The translations under genes were made by a program, and so were the position numbers. A DNA stretch of 64,000 nucleotides, from assembly GCA_028534125.1 (NCBI GenBank), contig CM052816.1, positions 85,190,001 to 85,254,000 on the forward strand, written 5' to 3'. The notes beneath the pieces were generated by a model that did not search any database, was not told the origin of the DNA, and worked only from the letters and a program-made list of their open reading frames with translations. Of the stretch, positions 11,548 through 25,830 are shown one piece after another; position 1 is the stretch's first letter; each line of letters starts with the position of its first letter. Origin of the DNA: Lama glama (Eukaryota).

Positions 11548-14444
11548 CGTGGCTTCAAGTGATTTAGGATGCCTTCAGTAGTATCTTTCTTTGCTCATCT
11601 TTTAGTGAATCCCTAGAATATAATTTATAATAAAATATCACTGTATCAATATATAAATACAATATAATTATTAAGAAAAAGTGAATGTTTAGTTTAGTTC
11701 CTGAATGGGTTTTCAAATGGCTAAGTATTTAAGAGTAAATTTTCTTCATCCACTTCTGAATATTCCTAAGAGAAAATGTTCACAGCTGTCGCCTAGAGAA
11801 GTAATTACTGCTCAGATTATTGTGTCCATGGCACCTAGTGTGCACCTGTAAAGTTCACATTTTATTTTGTTAAAACTACACGTTGAACTTTAGAAAATCT
11901 TAATTGTTTGCCACTGGATGTGAAAAATAATTTTCCATGATTCACCATCTCCTTTGACTTACTATTAGATAGATGTTATCAATATTGTCTTGAGTATGGA
12001 AAATATAATGGATCTAATAAAGAGGAGAGAAGCAGCAACAATTGGGCCATGGAAGAATGAATAGTTCATCATAGTTGTGTACATTTCCTTTCATCTTCAT
12101 CTTTCAAAATTAATATATAGTCAAGAAGTTTGTGTATTGCCATTTTCAAAAATGTTATCTATATGAGTTTCTTGAGATAATATATTTGAAAGTAGTTACT
12201 TGGTAAATTCAGATAACTTCTTTTACATATACTTTTTACAAATATTTGATGCACTAAATTTTAATTAGTTAAAGGGACTGACTGCTTTGGAAAAAAACAA
12301 AATAGCAGTTCATTAAATTGGCTAGGTCCAAAACAATAAATTGTTTTAATTATACTAGTGTTACTCTTTGTTAAGAAATAAAAAGGTGCCTATATTTTCA
12401 CTTTCAAAGAGTCAATGTAGAGGGGAGATAAAGACTACACATTTTACAATAAGAAACCCAGTTATTCAGATTATAATGTCAATTTGAAAAAATAAATTAG
12501 AACATGGTACAGCATTAGTCATACTACAGATAAGAAAGTTTTACTTTATATTGAAACTTCTACATAGTTTCACACAGTTCATTCTAACCCCAGTATATCT
12601 TGATAAAGATGGACAGTACATCATTTTAAAGGTATGCCTAATTCTAGAGAGAAAGAAAGTGATATATTTAGTAATTTGTTCTAACTATCCAACTTGCGGT
12701 AGTGGTTCCTTTTGGATACGAGAATCTGGAGATAATTTCAGGGTAAATAGGACCAGTCTGTTCTGAAGAATTTTGGGAAACACACCCCATAAGTTTCTGC
12801 AGCATCATGGATTCCAGAATATAAATATAAAGTCATACAGTCAAGCTTTGGGTGTCACTTTCGTGTAACTGCCTAATTTGTATTTCCACCTGAAACTGTC
12901 ATGACATTTCAGTGATTCCAGTGACTTTCTATGACACGATGCCAAAAGTGAAGAACTGGGATGATAGAAAGCCAAGTCAGATGCTTGGGGTAGAAATTCT
13001 CCATAGTGCATGATATACCTAGGAGTGAAAATGGACGTGGAAATTATGATGACAAAAACAAGAAAGGCTGTAGAGTTATGCTTAGAGTTCTACAAGGCTG
13101 CAGATATGGGGGAAGTATACTCACTCTAGCAGTCAGAGAACCCTGAGAGAAGGGAACCAAGGACATGGCCCCAAGGGACACATTTAATGAACAAGATTAC
13201 ATACAGTTAGAAAATAAAATTATAGTTAGAGAATCAGACTTCCTGATCATAGGAAAGAAAAAACAAGAGAAGTCAGGAAGCCAAGATACCCCTGGAGAAA
13301 ACTGTCAGCCAAACAAATGAGTATTATTAAAGACAGGTACTCAAATGGGCCCTTGACATTGCTTTCTCGAATATGTGCGTGAGTCTGTGTGCATGTGCAC
13401 ATCCTGTGAATAATGCAGATGATAGCAGAACTGAATTCTATGGTTTTTAAAAATTAGAGAATATTTCTGTACTAATGTTTATTTTGAAAGAAAAGTGGTG
13501 ATCCACTTTTAATATTAGTTGTTTAAATTCTTCTATGCTTCTATTTGAACTGTATATTTGCATGAAGAAAAAGAAAATACATTTTTGCATTAAGAAAGAT
13601 GGGTTTTTAGTTATTTTTATTTTAATTCTTCTTTTTGGATGATTTATTCCCTTTTTACATCTGCATTTATTAGAAAAATTCAGAAAACACAGAAATAATT
13701 GTTAATCCTGCAACTCAGTGTTAATCATTGCTAATGTGTGCATTCAAGCATTCATATGTATACATATACATATGTTTAAATGATAACATGATTCTGTAGG
13801 TTGTGTACATTTTATTCATAAGTTATTTGTTCTATATATTCACTAAAGATTGAATACTTTACTATGGCATTAAATATTTTTGAAAAACATTATTTTCATG
13901 GCTCTAGCATACCCTATAAAATTTCTTTTATATAATCTGTTGTTTCAGTTCCTCTAATTGGACTTATGGACTATCACCAATAAATTTGTTATTCAACATA
14001 GCTGTATAATAAGCAAATTTTAAATTTTTCAATATGCATTTAAAAATCAATGATCTTTGGAAAATATGCATGCACAGTTTTATGTCAACGTATAGAGATG
14101 ATTATATAAAAATGTATCAAATTGTGTATCACAATTATATATGTGTGCATATTTTCAAAATATAGAAATACATTATATGTATATATATTTCACATTTCCT
14201 TTCAGAAACATGAAACCAAATCATCAACAATTCAGTGGAGTTTGTGATACTCAATACCTATTTCAAAGCAAAAACATAAGGTAATTTAGAATTCTTTAGA
14301 ATTCATAGTAAGCTAATCTTTTTTCACAATTAACAATACTTTTGTATTTTTTAAAAAATTAACAATAATTTATACTGTAACACTGTTATTGGTAAAACCT
14401 TCACATGTAATAAACTAGGAAGGGATACATATAAAAGTTAATGG

Positions 14445-15015
14445 TTGCAGGCTGAGTTTTCCATCAGCAGACTGTGAGGTGAAGATTAGCATGTAGAAGG
14501 TTGAGTGGGGAATGCTTTGGTGTCAACCACTGACAGCAGCAATGCAGTCACAACCAGAACTCAGCTAACCCCGTGGGGAGCTCTGAAGCCAGAACGAGCC
14601 TTCAAAGTGCCCCAAAGTTGGAGAAAGAGCGCTGGCTACTCTATTAGCTAGAGCTATCATAACAAAATACCACACACTGAGTGGCTGAACAAGAGAAATC
14701 TGTTTGGTCACAGTTCTGTTGGAAGATTTGGTTTCCTTCCAAACCTCTCTGGCTTGCAGACACTGCATCCTCACGCGGCCTTTTCTCTGTGCACACTTAT
14801 TCTATTGGATTAGGGCCCCCTCTTATGGTCTCATTTAACCTTAGTTATCTCTTTGACAGCCTTATCTCCAAATACAGTCACATTGAAAGTTAGAGCTCAA
14901 ACATATAAATTTTGAAGAAACAAAAGTCAGCCCACAACAGCTTTCATATCCCTGCATTATTCAGTCATTACATGTGAGTGTTTCTGGGAAGTGGGCAAGT
15001 CTGACTGATGCTCTT
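14445..15015 (-). mobile_element. ERVL LTR (LTR16-like) interrupted by an MLT1 insertion
   Basis: 'cagcagactgtgaggtgaagattagcatgtagaagg...aaccccgtggggagctctgaagccag' resembles the reverse complement of LTR16-type LTRs; resumes after 14940. Confidence 0.6.
14637..14939 (-). mobile_element. MaLR LTR (MLT1A/B-like)
   Basis: 'cataacaaaataccacacactgagtggc...cacagttctg...cttatctccaaatacagtcacatt...cagcccacaaca' is a typical MLT1 reverse strand. Confidence 0.8.
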
Positions 15016-15039
15016 CAGACCAATTGGTTATTTCCACAA

Positions 15040-16550
15040 TTCCTGAATATTGAAATGGAATTAACATAATTAGCAGTTGGCAGAAACATCACATTGATCC
15101 TTTTGACCTAAAGAGTAAGATTTGCCACAGTAAGAAAGTCCACATGGAAGAATTTAAAACTGTGTCTCTTCTACCAAGGTAGTAAATCAAAAGACCAAAC
15201 CACCTCTCAGGAACAGTGGCAGATCAAATAATTCTAAAGATAGAAGAAATATGGCCATCCCCAGAGAAGAAAATTAGCCACTCAGTTCTATGTTGATTAC
15301 ATCAGGCAATGACTCATCCTGACTGGAACTGACAGAGTCTGCAGAGACAGGTTTGCCTTTCCTGCCTGGAGGGCTGTGACCACCACTGCTGCCTGAGGGA
15401 GTCATACTGCTATGAAAGCTCACGCAGAATAATTCTGACTAAGGACCCCATCTTGCACAATAGTTGGTATGACAATAAGCGTGTTACCAAGGAAAACAAG
15501 GGTCCTAGCACTAATTATCTGCACAAACTGCCTACCTGCCAGCAAGTTGGAAAGTCTGCTTGAAGACCGAGTTTAGGTGTCATTGTAATGTTGGTACCAG
15601 TGAGGCAACATACCTTGCCAAGGGGAATATAATTTAAACCAAAAGTGTTCTGACCTTATTAGGCAAATACATGACTCTTGGAACTGAAGTTTAGATGTAG
15701 GCATGGCCCTTCTCTCCAGTACTGCCAGTGACACATTCGGAAAATTTTTGATTCCCGGCTTCAACAAATGTAGACTTCTCTAAAGAGCTTGGGTGCCAGA
15801 AGGGCTCACTGCCACCAAGGAACATTTTAAAACCAAACTTGATGGTGTGGCTCGGCCTAGTCAGGTTGATTTCTCATGCCGTCTAGCAGAAGCCACAGCA
15901 AAGTGTTTCTGCGTTAGCAAGAGTATTAGAATCTGATTGTCATTTGGAGGTAGAATGGTTGTTATTTAATAGAAATGGGCATATATTTGGGATATATAGG
16001 AATATATTTGAAATTCAGGTTATAACTGTGTATCTCTTGGTAGTGCCATGTTCAATTTTAAAGGGAAATTCGCACAAGAACAAACAGGGGCCTGGATCAC
16101 CCCTCCAGGCAAGCATCTTCAAACGGAAATTCTAGCCAAAGGGGTAGATGAGGTGATCTCCAATAAATAATAGAGAAGTAACATGATGAATATTATTTTG
16201 ACCTCAAGTTCAACTGCTGCAGAGAAGATCCACTAACCCAGATGAAGCTTTTTCTGCTAACCCAGTTGACGTTTCTTCTGCACGTTGTGTCTGAAAATAA
16301 ATCTACCGAAGCTCTGTCTGAATGGGGTAAACTTAACGTGAAGAGTCAGTAAATCTGAGGAAAGTGAAGGGTGCCATGCCTAGATCCCTTAAAGAGCCTG
16401 GGGCAACCCCCCTAGAACTGTTTAAACTATTGGAGTCTGATGGTATATCATGGCATAACTGCTCCCTTCTCCAGAATGAATAACCATAAATAGGAGCTAT
16501 CTGGCCTGGGAGATTATTCACCACCATGCAGCCAGTATCCATGAATGAAT
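15040..16550 (+). mobile_element. ERVL internal fragments (pol/integrase) and start of an LTR16-like LTR
   Basis: 'gttgattacatc...ctcatcctgactggaactgac...tttgcctttcctgcc' corresponds to ERVL integrase VDYI...LTG.D....FAFPA; purine tract ~16358-16372 then LTR-like 'gccatgcctagatccc'. Confidence 0.65.
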
Positions 16551-17939
16551 GAATGGCATAATGTCATGCAAGTACAAAACGTCCACATTAAAAATGAGTA
16601 AATATGCAAGTATGTAAAATCATTAGGAGTTGTCTGGGACATACTAAGTACTTTATTACTTCTCTACTACATCATTATCATTGAAAGGAGAAACATATTA
16701 GGGCAATCACCAAACACATCAACCGTTAACTTTGCTCACTTTAAAGGATTTACTTCATTGGGTTTCCCAGATGGGTTTCCAACATAAACCTCTCCGAACA
16801 CACACTGTTTTTGTTGCCTGAAAATACTAGTGACAAAACAGTTTTTATTAAACAACTGATTTAAAATATAACCTATCAAAAAGATCCAAGGAATATCACT
16901 ATAAATAGCATAATGAATTGCAATTTTTAAAAAATGTATCATTTAAGTTTACTGCATATATTAACAGCAGATTCACTAAAGCCAAAATATATTATAAAAA
17001 TGCAAATCAAGTTTATGTACTAATGGAAAGTTTATACACTCAGAAAAATACTATTAGTATTAGAATTGAAGAAATAATGAACTAGAGTCTCTAGAGTTTT
17101 AGAAAGAAAATGAGATTTAAGGGTCAAATAGTCTTCACTTTCCTCCTGAGAAAGTTTTGTGTCTTTTGGTTTTATCTGGTATAAATAGTATAAATGTCAA
17201 ATTCAGAATACTAGAAAAAACAACAATACTTAGGCTACTATTACAAAACATTAAATTATATACGCATTGAATTGGGACATTTATTTAAATAGGGGAAATA
17301 TATTAAGTTATTATGCAAATATTTAATGAGGTTATAAATGTAAAATTGGTATTCTTATATGAAATGACAAAAAATGACAAATTTTAATCTTAATATAAAA
17401 TTAAGTTTGTGAGTATAAAGTAATTTTTCTGGTATATAACAAATACTGATTTTTAAAAAATTTTACAAAATGACTATGTATACAGAAATTAACATAAAAT
17501 GAACAAATCAATTTAACATTTAGTTCATATATATAATCAAATAAAGGCATTAAACATTTTCAGATTCCTCACATCATCTCCTTGATATTTTAATCATTTG
17601 AAAAATATTGAGTAAACTAATTAATACATTCAAATAATTAAATTATCATTGAGTTTGTGTTCTGGAGAATTTTTGAAATGTATATTCACCACAAGAAGAT
17701 ATAAATTAATGTAAAACCAATGTCAAGTACACTGGAAATGGTACAATAAACTAGGAGTTAAGGGAAAAGTACATAAATGAGTTGGAAGATGAAGTGATGT
17801 TTATTCTACCAAACACCAGGATCACTAGAATGTGCAATCATCTTTATCCAACAAATATTTGTTGAGCTGATACATATGTGAATAATGTAGTCATATAAGT
17901 TGTTAAAGTTTGAAACACTTATGTTTAGGTTATTTATTA

Positions 17940-20600
17940 GCCACTGTGCCAACCCTCCAAGTAGTGCCATTCTCCAGCACCCTGAGCTTTTACTTCAGAA
18001 CTCCCAAACTCCCCACAATGAAAGTTCCAATTCCAGGTAGAACTGGTGGTCTCCCAGACACTGCTTCAACTCTGACTCTTGTCTGCTGTCAACAGCTGAT
18101 ACTAGCATCATACTTAGTTGTATGATGATTACATTAGGCAATGATTCCAGAACTCTCTTTCCTGCATAGCCCCATGTTATTAAGGGCCACAGAGATATTT
18201 TGAGAAGTGGAAGATGAAAGTGAAGCATCACATTCTTTTTAATCTTAAAAGGTTGGTGCAGGGCATGAGAGATTACAGTTTATCACATAATTGTCTCTTT
18301 TGCTGTTAGTATGAGGCAGCAAATAGGATTTAAGATTGTCCAACTCCTGGACCAGGTATACATTTTGCTTCATGATGAAGGGCATTGTCTTCTCCTGTGA
18401 AACATCCATCACTGAAGGGGAAAATGTCCAGGTATTGACAGACTGAGGAGGGTTCCAGGTTATCCTGGTGGGTTCCAGCACACCCTCACTGGTTCAAGTT
18501 TTTCCTTATTTCTCCTAATTTGTGTTTATTTTTCCTTGCTGATGGCCCTGCTGATTTCAGGATCTAGCTGCGGACGTATAAAAAGCAGTCTTAACTAGCC
18601 TTTTCAGCTGTCCTCAGTGATGCCTATAATAAATGACTTTGTACATATTCTCTAGGGAGTCCTGCTGCTCTAATTTTCTGATACAGGATTTAGTATAGGA
18701 AGTGTTTCTAACGGAACAGGACCTTAAAATGGATTATTTGAATTGTGTACGGCTTATCTGCAGTGACCTTATATGATTACAAGCATTAATGACAGTATTT
18801 CCAATGGTAAAGTCAGCACTAGTACATTGTATAATGTGAAAAACATGGAAAGTGGCAAAACTATGACTTATAGTCACCTGTGGACACCTGTAATAAAGTG
18901 ATTAAAGAGCAAAAGGTATTAGGCGACAAATTATTTGCTGCCATAAAAAATTATAGTGGAAATTAACAGTATAATAGGGTTAGACAATTGTTTCAAAGTA
19001 TACTGAAGAATTTAGGGAATAAGAAGATGAGCTCATGACTAACTGCCAAGCCCAAGGTCTTGCCTCTATGAATACTCTGAAGTCCTATAGCTCCAAGGTT
19101 ACGATTTCTGAAAACAAAGCCCTAAATCTAATCCCACTGGTAACTGAGCTATAACACAAAAGAAATTCCAAAATTTAAGTCTCTTATATTGAAGAAGGGA
19201 ATCAATTTTGTAGGAGTCGAATTCTGAACATTGGGATGCATCTACAGATAAATTCCAAGGAACTTGAACTAAATTGTTCTGATCCTCCTTCAATAGCAGA
19301 AGATTCTCTTTATACTTCCAACAAGGAAGTTGGTCTTCCCTTGCCTGAAAAAAATATAACTCCCTCTGAAATAATTGCTTTACAAGACATTGATGATCCT
19401 CTTCGGGATTTATCCCCTTATATTAGTTTCCTATTGGTTATGTATACAAGCAGAACAAATTTTACCTGGTCTACATTCCTTCTGGAAGTTCCAGGGGAGA
19501 AACTGTTTCCCTATCTTTTCCACCTTATAGAGGTTTCTCATATTCCTTGGCTTGGGACCTCTTTTTCCATTTTCAAAGACAGCAGTGTGGCATCTTCCAG
19601 TCTCTCTTACTGTTTTCATCATCACATCTCCTTATCTGATTCTGGCCCTTCTATTATCCTCCTAGACCCACCAGATAACCCAGGATAAAATTCCATCTCA
19701 AGTTTCTTAACTTAATCATCTTTGCAAAGTCCCTTTTGCCATAGAGGTAACATAGTCTCAGGTTCCAGGGACTAAGACATGGACATTTTAGGACTGCCAT
19801 TATCTGGCTTATTACGCTCTTCCACTTTTTACTGAATCTACATTTATCATTAGACTCAAGTTAAAGAGAACTTACAGTGCGACAAAGTATGACCCATTAG
19901 GAGATGAGACACACAAAAACATAATTGTGTGATCTTACCAAGTGATATCAACAGGAACTTGGGAACTTTTGTGAGGATGCATTTTAAAACTGGGGATCAT
20001 TGTGGAAGGAACATTAGCTGGATCAGGTTAAGTTTATTAATATGAACTCACCAAGCAGATTTATAACTAGCTACAACTATGTGATCTAATTCAGAATTGA
20101 GGACTTTAATGAGCATTTAGCTGTACTGAAATAAGTAATTTCTGTATAATCATTTTTCTGTTTTCCTTTTTATTCTCATCTACATAATAGCTTTTAAGAG
20201 TAGATAACCATATATGTCAGTATTAAGTTACAGGACATTAAAGGAGGAATTCCATAGCCTGAAGAGGGGAAAAAAACTCCAGATGAATAAAAGTACTTTG
20301 TCCTATTTAGAGAGCTGTATTCTCAGCTCCAAGAATAGGTACTAGTGAGAAGCATGATTCTGTGACTATATTTGTAATATATACGTAAAATTTGTTTGAA
20401 AGTAGTACGTAGGGATACCAAGCTGGATACTGTTTATTTGTGGTGGGTTTTGTATGGCATTGACCTAATTAATCTAGAACTCCATTTCCCAGCATTCCCT
20501 TTTTTTGTACTGTTCTAAATTATTGTGGGCCATAAGATATTTTACAAGATTTGAAAGACAGAAGTAAGGAAACAGTAATTTTTTTTTTAAGGCCACAGGG
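17940..20600 (+). mobile_element. Internally deleted ERVL (MLT2-like LTR part, internal region, second LTR start)
   Basis: LTR ends ...aataaa...ctgataca (18685), followed by an ERVL internal start 'ggatttagtataggaagtgtttctaacggaacag'; second LTR start 'tgtggtggg...tagaactccatttcccagcattccc' near 20428. Confidence 0.65.
19419..19816 (-). mobile_element. MaLR LTR (MLT1C/D-like) nested in the ERVL
   Basis: 'tatattagtttcctattg...ttccttctggaagttccaggggaga...tttgcaaagtcccttttgccatagaggtaacatagtctcaggttccagggactaagacatggacat'. Confidence 0.8.
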
Positions 20601-23600
20601 TTATCTGCATTAAAAAAGAAAAGAAAACAGAGGACTAAAATAATCATTAAAGCAACAAATAAAGAAAAATGTTAATTTAGGAAGACAGCAAACATGGTAA
20701 GAGTTAATACGTGTTAAATAGAGCAAGTGGAGACTAGTGAAAAGGAAACAAGTTACCCTGTGGTAACAGTGATGAGGTCTTCATTAGATGTAGAAGAGAA
20801 GAATTCTATAGCACTTCGAAAAAAGAATACAGGGAATAACACAGAAATACTGGAATTGTTAAAATATCTGAGCTTGATTCTAGATTTTGTTGGTGTTTTC
20901 TGAACTGCAGAGATAAATCTAAAGTAACAGAGTCAATCTCAATAATTTAGACTCCACACACTAACATACTCATACTTCCCATTTAGTGACAGACATTAAT
21001 CTTTGGGATTCAGAAATGAAAAATCCTAGGAACTCTATGAAATTGCAGAACCATGAGTTATTTTTAAGATATTTCCAATATTTTTCATCTATTTCACTAT
21101 TACATAAATATATCTAAAAATTAAAGCGTGAGAAATATGTTTAGTATGGCTTACAACGGACTGCAGCCTGAGAAATTCCAGCAAATGTTATTGGGTAGTA
21201 CTCAAATAAGCATCACCTTCAAATTTCCTTGCAAACTGACAATGTTAGGGCATAATTTGCTTCAAAAGCATGTTATTTTTTGCATTTCCACTCATAGGGT
21301 TTACATAACAAACACGTACTATGTATATAAACAATAATAGTTATTTTATTTGCACAACGGCTCACCTTTTACAGAAGACAGGGCAACAAACACATACTTA
21401 AAACATTGCAATGGCTACCATCAGGACTCACTAACTAGATCATAACCACTTCTTTCCTGTCTGGTCCTTCTCTGGGTCTCAGAAATGTTCAACTATTCTT
21501 TGATGGCAGAGCAGCATGTCCTGATTTTGCTTTGATTTCATGGAAGTAGATCCCTTTAAACTAGTAACATCTCTGTCGATTGTTAAAAACCTAATTCTCA
21601 GAGAATTACATGTTCCCATGTTCCTAACCAGTTTTTTTCAGGATACAAGATTCAGAATAAAAACAAATTTCCTGAAAATGACAAGAGAGAATTCTTACCT
21701 GAAAACTATTCTAACCAGATGTGCTAGGGTTTTTACATTAGTTCCCCAGGATTAGGGGAAAAAGTTGTCCCGCTTCTATCTGTATACGAGATTAAGCAGC
21801 AACAAACCCTCTTAACCTGCTCTCTTTTCTTTGACTGCCCTGAAGTATGGTAGGCATCTTCTGCCTTTCCTCTTCCTCCTCGACTCCAGCTTGTCTCTTC
21901 CTGGTCTATCAAAAAGTATCTAAAACATATCTAAATGTTCTCTGTTGTGCAACCTATTTTTCGTGTGGGTGAATGGTATTTGTAATCCTCTCAGCTCTAT
22001 TTCTCATCCAAACTAAAACCAGTTGTACTTTGTCTTTTCAGAAGGTAAACATCTGAATACATGGGTATTGAGATCCTTATAAATGTACTACTTTTCTAAG
22101 AAGTCATTCTAGCTTCCTATAAAAAATAGAGTGCTTTGGCACAAAAATCAGCTGAGAAAACATATGATTTTATACTTCATAAATATATATATAATATATA
22201 TATATATAAAATATATAAGGTACATTTTGTGAGCAACAAAAGCAAAGAACACACAAAAGAAGTCTTTTCCTGCAGAAACAAGGTGAAGATTATTTTCTGG
22301 ATTTTAAGAGGTAAAATATAGAAAAGGATCTATTCTAACGGTAGAGGTGGGGTGTAAAATTTTACGTATGTTGTATTTGAGGCATTGTGTGGCATCCAAG
22401 GAGTCACGTGTTACTTTAGCTAGAAATGGAGAGTCAAATTTAAATTGAAGACCTGTTTTATTTAGGGACGTAAAAGCACACTGATGCTAGAGAGAAATTT
22501 CTCAGGTACTTAGAGAATGCATAGGAAGAGATGAGGCCAAAGGAAACAAAAGACAGTGACAGTGAGAGAGAAGTTAAAGACAGTATTAATACGGAGGATA
22601 AAGGAGTAATAAAGGGAGTGAGACCTGAGGAAAGAAATTATAGTTGCACTTGGAGAGGACAGCACAGGTGATGCTATAGGATGGTTTAAAAACAGAAGCC
22701 AGTTTACTAAATATTGGGAAGAGCAACACCGGAGCTTTGAGGACATTCGCTATGGAAGAACCAAGTAGACCTCAAATGCCCACTAAGTCTTTCAGTATAT
22801 CATGTTAGTCAGTAACTCTTGTGTAACAACTGGCAGAAAATAGATGTTTTATTTAGTAAGTGATCATACCATTTATTTCTCTCTAATAAAAATTACATTA
22901 AATTGTTGATATTAGAAAAGAAAGAAAATTATCCAACTAAATTGGTCAATATTTCTAGATGTTCTGGCCTAGAAATCAGCTGAAAATTCTGTTCATAGAT
23001 TTTGTCAGTAAAAAAAAATTCCCTCCGTTTCTTAAAAACCGACGAATCCATAACAAACTCGTACCAATTTCTTTAATGAAAAAATCGTAAAAAATACTTC
23101 TGAAACCCATCATCTATGATTGCCTTTATATTTTCCTCATTTTCCTCACTCCCAGAGAAAAATACCTGAGCAGATGCATTTATTTTCTTCTATAATAAAA
23201 ATTGGTGCAAAGAATAAAACACGTGAGAATTGCCTTGATTCTCAAAATCTGTAAAAGGCTGAAAAATAAAAAAAAAAACTGTTTTTTATTTTTCTTTCCC
23301 CTAAGAATAATCATTGAGACTACAGTCTTTAGTGTTTAAAAAAAAAAGTGCTTACTTCTAAAACCAAAATAATTTTTATTTATTTTAGTGACATATATTA
23401 AGATAATCTGGGACTGGATAAATAATCATAAATAATTAGAGCAGTTTTCCCACGAATGCCACTCAAATCAACAAAGGTTGAGGCCTCTCAGCACCTCCAC
23501 GACTCACTGCGGCAGGATGCTACACTCACTCAGAACGCTCAGTCATGCGTGCACCGAGCACTGCTTGCTCTGCAGGAAAGAAGCCCTTTCAGAACTATGG

Positions 23601-23746
23601 ACTCAGCAGGATAACTAGACAGAAGCTCCATAACAGACTGAATTGCCATAAACACTCGTTTCTTGCCTCCATGTAGCAGTTTTCACTCTACACTTTACAC
23701 TGAAGTATGCATCATGTATATATGTTGTGTATATAAATGGTATATA

Positions 23747-23749
<3 letters not shown>

Positions 23750-23780
<31 letters not shown>
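23750..23780. repeat. (TA)n microsatellite
   Basis: About 15 TA units seen directly; a looser TA-rich patch lies at 22183-22216. Confidence 0.9.
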
Positions 23781-23786
<6 letters not shown>

Positions 23787-24744
23787 ATGTATACATATAT
23801 CTATGTAATCCATGATAATATGCTGGAGAATTGGACACTTCTCCAGTTGAACATGTTAGATGCCAAATATCATATCACCTTTTTGTTACTGCTCTTTAGT
23901 AATATAAATTTATAAGCCACTTCATTAACTGTTTTTATTGAACACTATAAATTTAGCTCCATGCTCAAAGCTCTAAGATTTGAAGAGTAATTAAAGTATA
24001 CATTATTTCAAACTTGTAGGTGCTCAAAATTTAGTAGGGTACACGGACAAGAACATTAATAATTAACATCTAACAACAGAGTGTGGTACTATAGTATTAT
24101 AAAGATTTTTGATTAGATAGAGTATACATGTGAATTTACATTAGGCACCCACAGCTACCATCAGAACACTATAATTTCCTTTCTAAATTTTAACTCTTCT
24201 GAAAATTCACAGAATGCTACACTAATTTGTCCAGAAAAAAAAAATCACTTTATTTTCTAGGAATAAAATCTTGGGAAATAAAAAAACTTGGAAAGTAATG
24301 AAAACTTTCTAAGCCTCAGATTCTTTTTTCTAAATAGGATTAATTTTATCTATCATATAAAAATCATTTTCAAAAATACTTAATTGTAGCATTCCTAACA
24401 CAAAATTGGGTTATTGGGCCATTGGTCAAGTATTCTACAACAGTATTTTCATACATCACCATTTTACAGATAAGAGAAATATGCAACACTATCTGATTAT
24501 AGCGTTCAGTTTTATGTGTTTTTATTCACTTATTTTGATAGTCCAGTAGTCTTCCTATTAGAGTTTCATAATGAAAGTGTTTCATGAGCTGAAAGAATAT
24601 GAAGAAGCAAGATATTACTTTTCACTGACCCAGAAAGTGGGAAGAAAGAAATGTGAACTAAACGTGGCCACCAATTTGATGCTTCCACATAAAACCTCAA
24701 ATCTTCAAGGTGATGACATAAAACAATGAAACAATCGATAATTA

Positions 24745-25195
24745 GAGTTCACGTGTAGCAACCAGAAATCTCATTTAATGCTGGTGGGAATGCGAAATGG
24801 ACAAATACTGTAGGAGAAAATTTGGCAGTTTCTAACAAAACTAGACATGTTAATCCAGAAATCATGCTCCTTGCTATTTACTCAAATGTGCTGAAAATTT
24901 GTCCACAAAAACATGCACACAAATGCTTACTGTACCTTTATTCATAACTGCCAAAACTTAGAAGAGACCAAGGTGTCCTTCAGTAAGTGAGTAGATAAAT
25001 CGTCTTACATCCAGACCATAAGATATTAACCAGTGCTAAAAAGAAATGAGCTATCGAGCTATGAAAACACAGGGAGGAACTTTAAATCCATACTACTAAG
25101 TAAAACAAGCCACTCTCAAAAGGATACACACTGCTTGATTCCAACGACATAATGTCATACAAAGGGAAAGACTATAGAGATAGTAAAACAGATTC
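24745..25195 (+). mobile_element. Old LINE-1 3' region (L1MC/L1MD-like)
   Basis: 'gctggtgggaatgcgaaatgg...tttggcagtttct...gagctatcgagctatgaaaacacagggaggaactttaaat...gactatagagatagtaaaa'. Confidence 0.8.
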
Positions 25196-25204
25196 TCTCT
25201 CTCT

Positions 25205-25830
25205 CATAGCTTTCCTAATGAGTATATAGTAGAATGTCATTGTGATTTGGAAAAACTTGTATTTCTCTAGTGATTAGTGATTTTAAGCATCTTTTTCTGT
25301 GCTATAGGCCATTTGTATGTCACATTCAGAGATTTATTCAAGTACACTGACTTTTTTCTTTTTGCTGCTGTTGTTGAGTTGTAAGAGTTATTTACATGTT
25401 CTGTACACGTTCTAAGTATTAACCCCCCATCAAACATGATTCTACTATTTGGTTCATTGTTATCTCACTGTTAATAGTATTTGAGGCACAAGTATTTTTA
25501 ATTTGGTGCTGTTCAACATATCTGCTTTGAAGGAGCCTGAACACTGCTCTTTCTACTTTTAGTGGCTACCTGGCTGCTGGTTTTCAAAGCTACCTATAGA
25601 TGTAGGTCTTGGGGACTAGGAACGGGGGAAAATTAAAACATCACGCAAAATGGTGTTAATGCTGGGATTCCATTTTTTTTTAAATAAACATTTCCTACTT
25701 TATGTAAGACTTTGGTTGATTTCCAGAGTTCTGGAGAAGTTGTCTGTGATCATTTTTGCCAGTTTTCCTACTGCCATTACAAAAGAGAATTTTCAGGTAT
25801 CTTTACCTTCTTTACTGACATCACTCCCAG
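25205..25830 (-). mobile_element. Old LINE-1 fragments
   Basis: 'atttctctagtgattagtgattttaagcatctttttctgtgctataggccatttgtatgtc' is the reverse complement of an ORF2 3' region; the distal part is less certain. Confidence 0.6.

Noticed and set aside
19236..19688. 150-aa ORF
   Set aside because: Runs from decayed ERVL sequence into an antisense MLT1 LTR; a chance fusion.
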